DNA of 63,945 bases from Gemmatimonas sp. (GTDB lineage Bacteria > Pseudomonadota > Alphaproteobacteria > Rhizobiales > Xanthobacteraceae), in assembly GCA_050257355.1 (NCBI GenBank), contig JBLMWS010000137.1, forward strand, positions 1 to 63,945, in the 5' to 3' direction. Positions within the stretch are counted from its first letter, which is position 1; the number at the start of each line of letters is the position of its first letter. Below the pieces are notes generated by a model that was given only the letters and a program-made list of their open reading frames with translations, was not told where the DNA came from and did not search any database. Shown here in pieces: positions 56,528 through 63,945 of this stretch. The translations under genes were made by a program, and so were the position numbers.

Positions 56528-59293
56528 TCAGCGAGCCTTTCCGGCGCTCTTTTTCGCCGCCGTCTTCGTTGCCGGCGCGGGCTTGGCGGCCGATGTCTTG
56601 GCGGCTTGTCCTACCGGCGCACGCGCCTTGCTGGTGGCCTCCGTCTTCGGCTTGACCGCCGCCTTCTTCGCCGCCGCCTTCTTCGGCGGTTTTGGCGTCT
56701 CGGCTTCCTCAGCCGCTGCCTTGGCGGGCTTGGCCGCCTTGATCTTTGCAGCCTTGATCTTTCCGGCCTTGGCTTTGCCGCCACCCTTGGCCGCGCGCTC
56801 GTCGATCAGCGCGTTCGCCTGATCGAGCGTGATGCTGTCCTTTTCGAACTCGCTCGGAATGGTGGCGTTGACGCCGCCGGCGGTGACATAGGCACCATAG
56901 CGGCCGTTCTTGACCGCAACCGGTCCCAGGCTCGGATGATCGCCCAGCACCTTGCCGGGATCGGCGCCGAAGCGGCGGCTCGGGCCTTTGGCCGCTTTCT
57001 CCGCGATCAGCGTGACGGCGCGGTTCAGGCCGATGTCGAAGACCTCGTCGCCGGCCTCCAGGCTCGCATACGTCTTGTCATGGCGCACGAACGGCCCGAA
57101 GCGGCCGATGCCGGCCGTGATCGGCAGGCCCGTTTCGGGATGCTTGCCGATCTCGCGCGGCAGCGACAACAGCTTGAGCGCAAGCTCGAGATCGACATCC
57201 GCCGGATTGGTGCCCTTGGGGATGCCGGCGCGCTTGGGCTTCTCGCCTTCGGCATAATCCTTCTGCTCGCCGAGCTGGATGTAGGGACCGAAACGCCCGG
57301 CCTTGACGGTGACATCGAGCCCGGTCTCCGGATCCTGACCCAGCACGCGATCGGCGGTGGCGGCATCGCTCTCGGCTGCGAGCGGACGGGTGTAGCGACA
57401 CTCCGGATAGTTCGAGCAGCCGACGAAGGCGCCGAACTTGCCGGCCTTCAAATGCAGCTTGCCGGTGCCGCAGGTCGGACACTGCCTGGGGTCGCCGCCA
57501 TCGGCGCGCGGCTGATAGATGTGCGGACCCAGCATCTCGTCGAGCGCGGACAAGACTTCGGCGACGCGCAGGTCCTTGATGTCGTCGACCGCCCCGATGA
57601 AGTCGCGCCAGAAGTCCTTGAGCACTTGCTGCCAGGATATCTCGTTGTTGGAGACGCGGTCGAGCTGCTCTTCGAGATCGGCCGTGAAATCATATTCGAC
57701 GTAACGGCGGAAGAAGTTTTCCAGGAACGCGATCACGACGCGGCCCTTGTCCGCACCGTAGAGGCGCTTCTTCTCCAGCCGCACATAGCCGCGGTCTTTC
57801 AGCACCTGGAGGATCGAGGCATAAGTCGAGGGCCGGCCGATGCCGAGCTCTTCCATCCGTTTGACCAGCGAAGCTTCCGAGAAACGCGGCGGCGGCTCGG
57901 TGAAGTGCTGGGTGACCGCAAGCTCCTTGCGCTTGAGGTTCTCGCCTTCGCTCATGGCGGGCAGGCGGCGGCTGTCCTCCTCGTCGGCATCGTCGTCATG
58001 GCCCTCCTGGTAAAGGGCGAGGAAGCCGTCGAACTTGATGACCTGTCCGGTGGCGCGGAGCTCCAGCACGCGAGAGCCGGCCTTGGCCGCGATATCGACG
58101 GTGGTGCGCTCGAGCTCGGCCGATTCCATCTGGCTCGCGATGGTGCGTTTCCAGATCAGCTCGTAGAGCCTCGCCTGGTCGGCATCGAGCTTGCGGCGCA
58201 TGGCGTCGGGCCGGCGCGACAGGTCGGTCGGGCGGATCGCTTCGTGCGCTTCCTGCGCGTTCTTGGCGCGGGTCTGATACTGGCGCGGGACGTCGGGCAC
58301 ATAGGCCTTGCCGTAGTCCTCGCCGATCACCTTGCGCGCCTGGGTGATCGCTTCGCCTGCGATCTGCACGCCATCGGTACGCATATAGGTAATGAGGCCG
58401 GTGGTCTCGCCGCCGATATCGATACCTTCGTAAAGGCGCTGGGCGATGCGCATGGTATGCGCCGGGGCAAAGCCGAGCTTGCGGCTCGCCTCCTGCTGCA
58501 GCGTCGAGGTGGTAAAGGGCGCCTGCGGATTGCGCCGCGCCGGCTTGGCATCGATCGTGGTGACGCTGTAGGCGGCCGCTTCCAGCGCCTTCTTGAAGGC
58601 TTCGGCTTCAGCGCCGGAGCCGATGTCGAGCCGCTGAATCTTCTTGCCGTCGGCGCCGACGAGCCGCGCTTCGAAGGCTTCGCCGCGCGGCGTCAGCAGG
58701 GTCGCAACCAGTGACCAATATTCCTTGGGCACGAATTTTTCGATTTCGAGCTCGCGGTCGCAGACCAGCCGCAACGCGACCGATTGCACCCGCCCTGCAG
58801 AGCGGGCGCCGGGCAACTTGCGCCACAGCACGGGGGAGAGCGTGAAGCCGACCAGATAATCCAATGCACGGCGCGCCATGTAGGCATCGACCAGCGCCCC
58901 ATCGATCTGGCGCGGGTTCTTCATCGCGTCCGTGATCGCCTGCTTGGTGATGGCGTTGAATACCACCCGCTCGATCTTCTGGTCTTTCAGCGCGCGCTTT
59001 TCCTTCAACACCTCCAGCACGTGCCAGGAGATGGCTTCGCCCTCGCGATCAGGGTCGGTGGCGAGGATCAGGCGGTCGGCCCCCTTCAAGGACTTGGCAA
59101 TCTCGTTCAGCCGGCCGGCCGCCTTGGCGTCGACCTCCCAGATCATCTTGAAATTATGGTCCGGATCGACCGATCCGTTCTTCGCCGGCAGGTCGCGGAC
59201 ATGGCCGAAGGAGGCCAAAACCTCATAGGACGAGCCCAAATATTTGTTGATCGTCTTGGCTTTCGCCGGCGACTCCACAATAACGATATTCAT
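56528..59293 (-). CDS. topA: DNA topoisomerase I
   Basis: IVESPAKAKTI, ATDPDREGEAI, SAGRVQS, ITYMRTD, GIGRPSTYA, one Zn ribbon, Lys/Ala-rich tail. Confidence 0.98.
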   Translation of the reverse strand: MNIVIVESPAKAKTINKYLGSSYEVLASFGHVRDLPAKNGSVDPDHNFKMIWEVDAKAAGRLNEIAKSLKGADRLILATDPDREGEAISWHVLEVLKEKRALKDQKIERVVFNAITKQAITDAMKNPRQIDGALVDAYMARRALDYLVGFTLSPVLWRKLPGARSAGRVQSVALRLVCDRELEIEKFVPKEYWSLVATLLTPRGEAFEARLVGADGKKIQRLDIGSGAEAEAFKKALEAAAYSVTTIDAKPARRNPQAPFTTSTLQQEASRKLGFAPAHTMRIAQRLYEGIDIGGETTGLITYMRTDGVQIAGEAITQARKVIGEDYGKAYVPDVPRQYQTRAKNAQEAHEAIRPTDLSRRPDAMRRKLDADQARLYELIWKRTIASQMESAELERTTVDIAAKAGSRVLELRATGQVIKFDGFLALYQEGHDDDADEEDSRRLPAMSEGENLKRKELAVTQHFTEPPPRFSEASLVKRMEELGIGRPSTYASILQVLKDRGYVRLEKKRLYGADKGRVVIAFLENFFRRYVEYDFTADLEEQLDRVSNNEISWQQVLKDFWRDFIGAVDDIKDLRVAEVLSALDEMLGPHIYQPRADGGDPRQCPTCGTGKLHLKAGKFGAFVGCSNYPECRYTRPLAAESDAATADRVLGQDPETGLDVTVKAGRFGPYIQLGEQKDYAEGEKPKRAGIPKGTNPADVDLELALKLLSLPREIGKHPETGLPITAGIGRFGPFVRHDKTYASLEAGDEVFDIGLNRAVTLIAEKAAKGPSRRFGADPGKVLGDHPSLGPVAVKNGRYGAYVTAGGVNATIPSEFEKDSITLDQANALIDERAAKGGGKAKAGKIKAAKIKAAKPAKAAAEEAETPKPPKKAAAKKAAVKPKTEATSKARAPVGQAAKTSAAKPAPATKTAAKKSAGKAR

Positions 59294-59475
59294 GTAATTC
59301 CAGTGACTTACGGGGGAATTCGAGGTGGCCTCGACAAGATTCGAGCCGCCCCCTTTCGGTCCGAACATGGGTGCAGCCAGCCCCTCTGTCAAATCGCCAG
59401 ATGTTGAAAGTGGGGTGGAACGGCGGAACCGCACCTCAAAAAAGTTGCGGAGTACCACCCGCAGTTGCGCCATTT

Positions 59476-59667
59476 TTAGGCGTGTTCCCCCCAAACGCTG
59501 CACGCCTCAGAATGCAGCTCCTCGACGTCCGCCGGATTGCATGAGGCGTCCAGAAAACGCATGACGATCCGATAGGCCGGCTCATAGGCCTCGAACGCTT
59601 GCCCGTGCGGTTGAAGTTCGCCGTGCAACAGCGCATTTCGCATCGCGTAGAAAAATCCGCGTGATTT
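59476..59667 (-). pseudogene. C-terminal remnant of a HEPN-motif protein
   Basis: Hand translation FFYAMRNALLHGELQPHGQAFEAYEPAYRIVMRFLD...* contains R-N-x3-H-G; the frame is closed upstream by TGA at 59668..59670. Confidence 0.5.
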
Positions 59668-59757
59668 TCATATTTGGCGTTTCATTATTCTGCATCATGA
59701 TTTCGGCTCGGCTGTTCAGTGCGTGTTGTGCGGCCTTGCGGCGGGCAGCGGTGGGCT

Positions 59758-60129
59758 TCATGGTAAGGCCGCCGCCAATTTTCGGTCGAGCGTAACCAAC
59801 TCAGCGCCCAGTTCGCGGGTAAGCCAAAGATAGCTCGCATCGTATGCAGAAAGGCCGGTTTCCTCGGCGAGGTCCAGCGTGGCCGCGTGGTCGACGGCGA
59901 CGGTGTCGACTCTCAACCGGTGTGCAAGTCCGAAAGCGGCGCGTAGAGCTTCCCGCTGGCTGGGCTGTCGACGAATCTTGGTCAGGCAGACGTTGGCCAA
60001 TTCGAAGTTAAGCAACAAAGGCGCAGCCAATCGGGCCCCCTCAAGCCGATTGGCGATGGCGGCGGCTTCTGGCTCGCCGAACAACAGGGCGGCGAGCGCA
60101 GAGGCATCCACCACCTTAATTCCGGTCAC
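59758..60129 (-). CDS. VapC/PIN-domain toxin
   Basis: VVDASAL, FELAN, LSAYDASY, LVTLD; overlaps the antitoxin end. Confidence 0.92.
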   Translation of the reverse strand: MTGIKVVDASALAALLFGEPEAAAIANRLEGARLAAPLLLNFELANVCLTKIRRQPSQREALRAAFGLAHRLRVDTVAVDHAATLDLAEETGLSAYDASYLWLTRELGAELVTLDRKLAAALP

Positions 60130-60352
60130 GATCAGCCCGAATGATGTTGGCCGATTCCGCGGGCGTGCGCACGCCAAGGCGCCGCACCTCCGCCAACAAC
60201 TCAGCGGGGCTCAGCGACTGCTCAGAGAAAGCCGCGTCCTCGATAATGGCAAGCAATTCGCCTTGCAGCGACCGATGGTGCCGTTCAGCACGCTGTCTCA
60301 GCCGCTGGACTACCTCGTCGGGGGCGTTCTTGATCGAGAGATTGACAGGCAT
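60116..60352 (-). CDS. ribbon-helix-helix antitoxin (FitA/Arc-like)
   Basis: NLSIKN.PDEV..RLR.RA..H.RSLQGEL..I; C-terminal SA.IIR.DRD. Confidence 0.9.
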   Translation of the reverse strand: MPVNLSIKNAPDEVVQRLRQRAERHHRSLQGELLAIIEDAAFSEQSLSPAELLAEVRRLGVRTPAESANIIRADRDRN

Positions 60353-60380
60353 GGCTCCAAATCCACTCCAATTCGGAACC
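60353..60380. promoter_or_regulatory. putative TA autorepression operator
   Basis: Imperfect inverted repeat GGCTCCAAAT-N8-ATTCGGAACC abutting the antitoxin start codon. Confidence 0.45.
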
Positions 60381-60445
60381 TCGATAGCACATGCCGGCCT
60401 CTTATGCACGTTCATCGGCTGATAATTAGACCTCTGCCGCAGACT

Positions 60446-60919
60446 TCAAGCGCTTGAGCGGCGGCGTTTGGCCGGTGGGCGCGGCTTCAACGCGGTGTCG
60501 GCCGGAGTCAGCAGGCGGCCGTCCTGGGAGCGCAGTTCCAGCTTTCTCACCGGGCGGCCCTTCTCACGATCGACCAGGACGGTTGCGATCGTTTCGGGAC
60601 AGTCGTCGAATTCCTCACTCCATTGCCGCAAGGCGACGAGGATCGGAAAGACGCCGTTGCCCTTTTCGGTAAGCACATAGTCCTGATAGGCGCTGCCGTC
60701 GGCGGCGGGCGTGGTCGCAAGGATGCCTTCCTCCACCAGCATGCGCAGCCGGCTCGCAAGAATGTTCTTCGCCAGCCCAAGCCTTTTCTGAAATTCGCCG
60801 AAGCGGCGGCGCCCCAAAAAGGCCTCGCGGATGATGAGCAGCGACCACCAATCGCCAATCACGTCGAGCGATCGCGCGATCGGGCAGGCGTCGCCGGCCA
60901 GGCTCGTTCGTTTCACCAT
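60446..60919 (-). CDS. HxlR-family winged-helix regulator
   Basis: CPIARSLDVIGDWWSLLIIRE, RRF.EF, L..RL..LV..G, Y.LT.KG. Confidence 0.93.
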   Translation of the reverse strand: MVKRTSLAGDACPIARSLDVIGDWWSLLIIREAFLGRRRFGEFQKRLGLAKNILASRLRMLVEEGILATTPAADGSAYQDYVLTEKGNGVFPILVALRQWSEEFDDCPETIATVLVDREKGRPVRKLELRSQDGRLLTPADTALKPRPPAKRRRSSA

Positions 60920-60963
60920 CGGTTCCGGATTTCGTTCGATTGCGTGGTCATCACAGCCTTGTG

Positions 60964-61020
60964 TAGTTGCATTATAAAACTAGTCGTCTACATCGCAAGG
61001 GCAGTTTAAAGATGAAACCA
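60964..61020. promoter_or_regulatory. two palindromic operator-like sites in the hxlR/SDR divergent region
   Basis: TAGTT-N9-AACTA (60964..60982) and AGTTT-N7-AAACC (61003..61019). Confidence 0.5.
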
Positions 61021-61034
61021 GATAGGAGGCTGCC

Positions 61035-61808
61035 GTGAGGCTCGCGAACAAGACGGCATTGATCACCGGAGGCAACAGCGGCATCGGTTTTGCGACGGCA
61101 AGGCTGTTCGTAGCCGAGGGTGCAAAGGTCACCATCACCGTCCGCAACGACGAAACGCTCGCCGCTGCGGCAAAGGAACTAGGTGCGAACGCGCTTGCCG
61201 TGAGGGCGGATGCGACCGATATCGCGGCGACCGAGGCTGCGGTCAAACGGGCCGTCGAGACCTTCGGCAAGCTCGACATTCTCTTTGCCAATGCCGGCAT
61301 TCCCGGAAGCACGCCACTCGGTTCGACGACGTTGCAAGCCTTCGAAAGCGTCATCAGGACCAACATCACGGCGGTGTTCTTCACCGTGCAAGCGGCGCTG
61401 CCTTACCTCAACGATGGCGCTTCCATCATTCTGAATGGTTCGGTGATCTCTGTGCTGGGCAATCCGGGCTATTCGGCCTATGCGGCGAGCAAGGCCGGCG
61501 TACGCGCCATGGCGCGCGTGATGGCCTCAGAATTGTCGCCGCGCGGCATCCGCGTGAACGTGGTGGCGCCGGGCGGAGCACGCACGCCGATCTGGAACGG
61601 CGCGGCGCCGACGCCCGAGGCGTTTGCTGCGCTGGAGCAGCGCATCGCGGGCACGACCCCGCTCGGCAGAATGGCTGACGCCGATGATATCGCAAAGACC
61701 GTGCTGTTCCTCGCCTCCGATGACGCCGCGCATGTGCAGAGCGCGGAGATCTTTGTCGATGGCGGCGCGACGGGTTCGCCTGCCGGCGCACCGATCTTTC
61801 GCGGCTGA
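61035..61808 (+). CDS. SDR family oxidoreductase
   Basis: TGGNSGIG, ANAG, YAASK, IRVN.VAPG; AGGAGG RBS plus GTG. Confidence 0.95.
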   Translation: MRLANKTALITGGNSGIGFATARLFVAEGAKVTITVRNDETLAAAAKELGANALAVRADATDIAATEAAVKRAVETFGKLDILFANAGIPGSTPLGSTTLQAFESVIRTNITAVFFTVQAALPYLNDGASIILNGSVISVLGNPGYSAYAASKAGVRAMARVMASELSPRGIRVNVVAPGGARTPIWNGAAPTPEAFAALEQRIAGTTPLGRMADADDIAKTVLFLASDDAAHVQSAEIFVDGGATGSPAGAPIFRG

Positions 61809-61999
61809 AGGGCGCTTTCCGTCATCCGAACCCAATGCAAGCCGGCCAGCGCGCCCTCCGGGAACCCGCTGGCCGCTCTCTTTTTGTTGAACGGCCCTCG
61901 AAGGCTCATTCCAGCTTCGGTCGAACCTTGCAACTGTCTGCCGAGACCTTTGTCGTGGGGCCGGAGATTTTTTTACAAACACTTTTTTGGAGCCGCATT

Positions 62000-62188
62000 A
62001 TGCCGAAAGTCGTTCGCTTATCGATTCCTGCCTTGCGCGTGTCCTCCGAAAGGTCGGATCGCCAGACATCGCTGTTGGAGCGCGGCGTCGCGCCGAAGAC
62101 GGGTGAGGTCATTTCGGTGGCGCTGCTCTCCTGCCTTGGCTTGCTGGTCTCGCTGGTCGGGATCCTGCTTGGCCTGCAATTCAATTGA
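62000..62188 (+). CDS. small protein with C-terminal TM segment
   Basis: GGAG RBS; ...ISVALLSCLGLLVSLVGILLG. Confidence 0.6.
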   Translation: MPKVVRLSIPALRVSSERSDRQTSLLERGVAPKTGEVISVALLSCLGLLVSLVGILLGLQFN

Positions 62189-62251
62189 TATTGAGCCTGT
62201 CTTGATTTGCGGATAGCTGCCGCCGTGCGGCGGCGGCAGCTTGAGGCGGAG

Positions 62252-62866
62252 CTACGCGGCCTGAAGATTGGTGGCGGCCTGCAGCGCATCCGCCAGTGCC
62301 TTCTCGCGATGCTCGGGCCCGACCTGGACACCATCGGCCGAAATGAATTCGAGCTTCGTCACGCCGATGAACCCGAACACCCCGCGCAAATATGATTCGA
62401 GGTGCTCCAGCGCCGCGGCGGGCGTGCCGGGGCCGTAATAGCCGCCGCGTGATATCGCGATGATCACGCGCTTGTGGCCGGCCAGGCCTTCGGGTCCTTG
62501 CGGGCTATATTTAAAGGTCTTGCCGGCGACGAGGATGCGGTCGATCCAGGCCTTGAGCTGGCTCGGGATCGTGAAATTGTACATGGGCGCGCCGATCACC
62601 ACGGTGTCGGCGGCAAGAAACTCCTCCAGCACGGCTGAGCTTGTGGCGAGCTCCTGTTGCAGGGCCGCGTCCGGGCTGGCTGCGCCCCGGGCCGCCGCAA
62701 GCTGCGCGCCCGACAGGTGGGCGAGCGGCGTTGCGGAGAGATCGCGATAGACGATCGAGAGATCGGGCGTCGCGTGGCGCAGCCGCTCGACGATCGCCGC
62801 GGACACTTGCCGGCTGACCGAGTGCGGACCGAGCACGCTGGAATCGATATGCAGAAGGTTTGGCAT
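62252..62866 (-). CDS. azoR: FMN-dependent NADH-azoreductase
   Basis: LLHIDSS....[24 protein letters not shown]...GPEGL, SRGG.Y. Confidence 0.93.
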   Translation of the reverse strand: MPNLLHIDSSVLGPHSVSRQVSAAIVERLRHATPDLSIVYRDLSATPLAHLSGAQLAAARGAASPDAALQQELATSSAVLEEFLAADTVVIGAPMYNFTIPSQLKAWIDRILVAGKTFKYSPQGPEGLAGHKRVIIAISRGGYYGPGTPAAALEHLESYLRGVFGFIGVTKLEFISADGVQVGPEHREKALADALQAATNLQAA

Positions 62867-62962
62867 GGAAGTCACCCTTGGTATACGTTTGTAACCGGCG
62901 CTATATGAGTGACTGTCCACAAGGCCCACAAGAACGCACTTTTTTGAAACCCGGGCACATCC

Positions 62963-63364
62963 GTGAAACCTGCGCACATCGAATTTCCTGCAATCTCGTC
63001 GCCGCCGGACCTGCATGACAACTGCCGGGGTGTCGCCTCCATCCTGTCGCGCGTCGGCGACAAATGGAGCGTTCTCGTCATCATGATGCTCTTCAACGGG
63101 CCGAAGCGTTTCAATGAGATCAAGCGGCTGATCGGCGGCATCTCGCAGCGGATGCTCACCTTGACCTTGCGTGGGCTGGAGCGCGACGGGCTGGTCACGC
63201 GGACCGTGTTTCCGACCATTCCGCCGCGGGTCGATTACGAGCTCACCGATCTCGGCCGCGGCTTGAGCCAGCCGGTGATCGCGCTCGGCTCCTGGGCCCT
63301 GGATCATCTCGACGAGATCGAGGCCGCACGCGCGCGCTTTGACACGCGCAACGACACAGCCTGA
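62963..63364 (+). CDS. HxlR-family regulator (redox-sensing Cys type)
   Basis: C.....[37 protein letters not shown]; divergent from azoR. Confidence 0.93.
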   Translation: MKPAHIEFPAISSPPDLHDNCRGVASILSRVGDKWSVLVIMMLFNGPKRFNEIKRLIGGISQRMLTLTLRGLERDGLVTRTVFPTIPPRVDYELTDLGRGLSQPVIALGSWALDHLDEIEAARARFDTRNDTA

Positions 63365-63371
63365 TTGAAGA

Positions 63372-63539
63372 CTAGTGTCGTGGTTCAGAAATTCGCACCA
63401 TCGTTGCCGCGAGTCCGTCGTGCGAATTTCTGAGCCATAAACGACACTAGAATCATAAGCTTGCTAGTGTCCTTATCGAATCCGAAGTTCGCTCCGAAGG
63501 TGCTGCGAACTAGGGCGAACTTCGGATTCGGGACACTAG
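63372..63539. repeat. ~170-bp CTAG-bounded double-hairpin element, copy 2
   Basis: Near-identical to 16246..16415, same orientation, 2 nt shorter. Confidence 0.9.
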
Positions 63540-63945
63540 ATCAGCGAGACGAGCCCGCCGCCGTGGCGCTCGAGCTTGCCGGCGAGTTCGAGTTCGAGCA
63601 GCACGGTGCGCACCAGCGACGCCGGCATCTCGGCCATCCGGATCAGATCATCGATCAAGACGGGCGTGGGCCCGAGCAGGGTGACGATGCGGTCGCGCTC
63701 GGCGTTTGCGAGATCGCCATCGAGCGGATCGCTGTCGGGCTCGTTGACGGGCAGGGCGACCGGCCGCTCCATGATGGGCGCGACCGCCTGAATCACGTCG
63801 CGGGCCTCGGTGACCAGCGTTGCTCCCTGCTTGATCAGATCATTGGCGCCGGCGGCGCGCGGATCGAGCGGAGAGCCCGGCACCGCAAAGACCTCGCGGC
63901 CCTGTTCGGCCGCCATGCGCGCGGTGATCAGCGAACCCGAGCGCT
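63536..63945 (-). CDS. dprA: DNA-processing protein DprA, 3' part (runs off the window)
   Basis: [48 protein letters not shown]. Confidence 0.95.
   Translation of the reverse strand, partial: RSGSLITARMAAEQGREVFAVPGSPLDPRAAGANDLIKQGATLVTEARDVIQAVAPIMERPVALPVNEPDSDPLDGDLANAERDRIVTLLGPTPVLIDDLIRMAEMPASLVRTVLLELELAGKLERHGGGLVSLI

Noticed and set aside
56528-56800. 15-nt tandem repeats and Lys/Ala-rich tail in topA
   Set aside because: Typical low-complexity basic TopA tail; not an array.

Overview
GC-rich alphaproteobacterial chromosome segment. Gene content and intergenic repeats point to Bradyrhizobiaceae; this is inferred from recognised proteins, and no search was run. The core backbone is panC, a decayed mipZ, VWA/DnaJ, D-Ala-D-Ala carboxypeptidase, phasin, clpS-clpA, tsaA(trmO), HIT, GDPD, RidA, eipB, dinB, divK-pleD, amtB, rpmG, rnr, topA and the 3' end of dprA. 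Accessory blocks interrupt it. At 1-7.7 kb there are small genes, a Tat-exported HiPIP with a Met/Gly-rich insertion, and a helical/HTH regulator plus beta-propeller module. At 7.9-14 kb there is an SGNH-MBOAT-DadA-like cluster facing two NodB deacetylases. At 42.9-50.4 kb there are nested REP-like repeats, a ~400-nt highly structured non-coding element, a PIG-L plus HGSNAT-like pair, sigma54-driven amtB and a His-motif protein plus DUF6745 pair. At 59.4-63.5 kb an insert between topA and dprA carries a HEPN-motif remnant, vapBC, hxlR-SDR and hxlR-azoR. A ~170-bp CTAG-bounded double-hairpin element occurs twice. I saw no rRNA, tRNA, CRISPR array, transposase or integrase. The best candidates for undescribed biology are the DUF6745 two-gene module, the large structured non-coding element, the Met-rich HiPIP, the regulator/beta-propeller module and the loss of mipZ. 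All functional suggestions are hypotheses.
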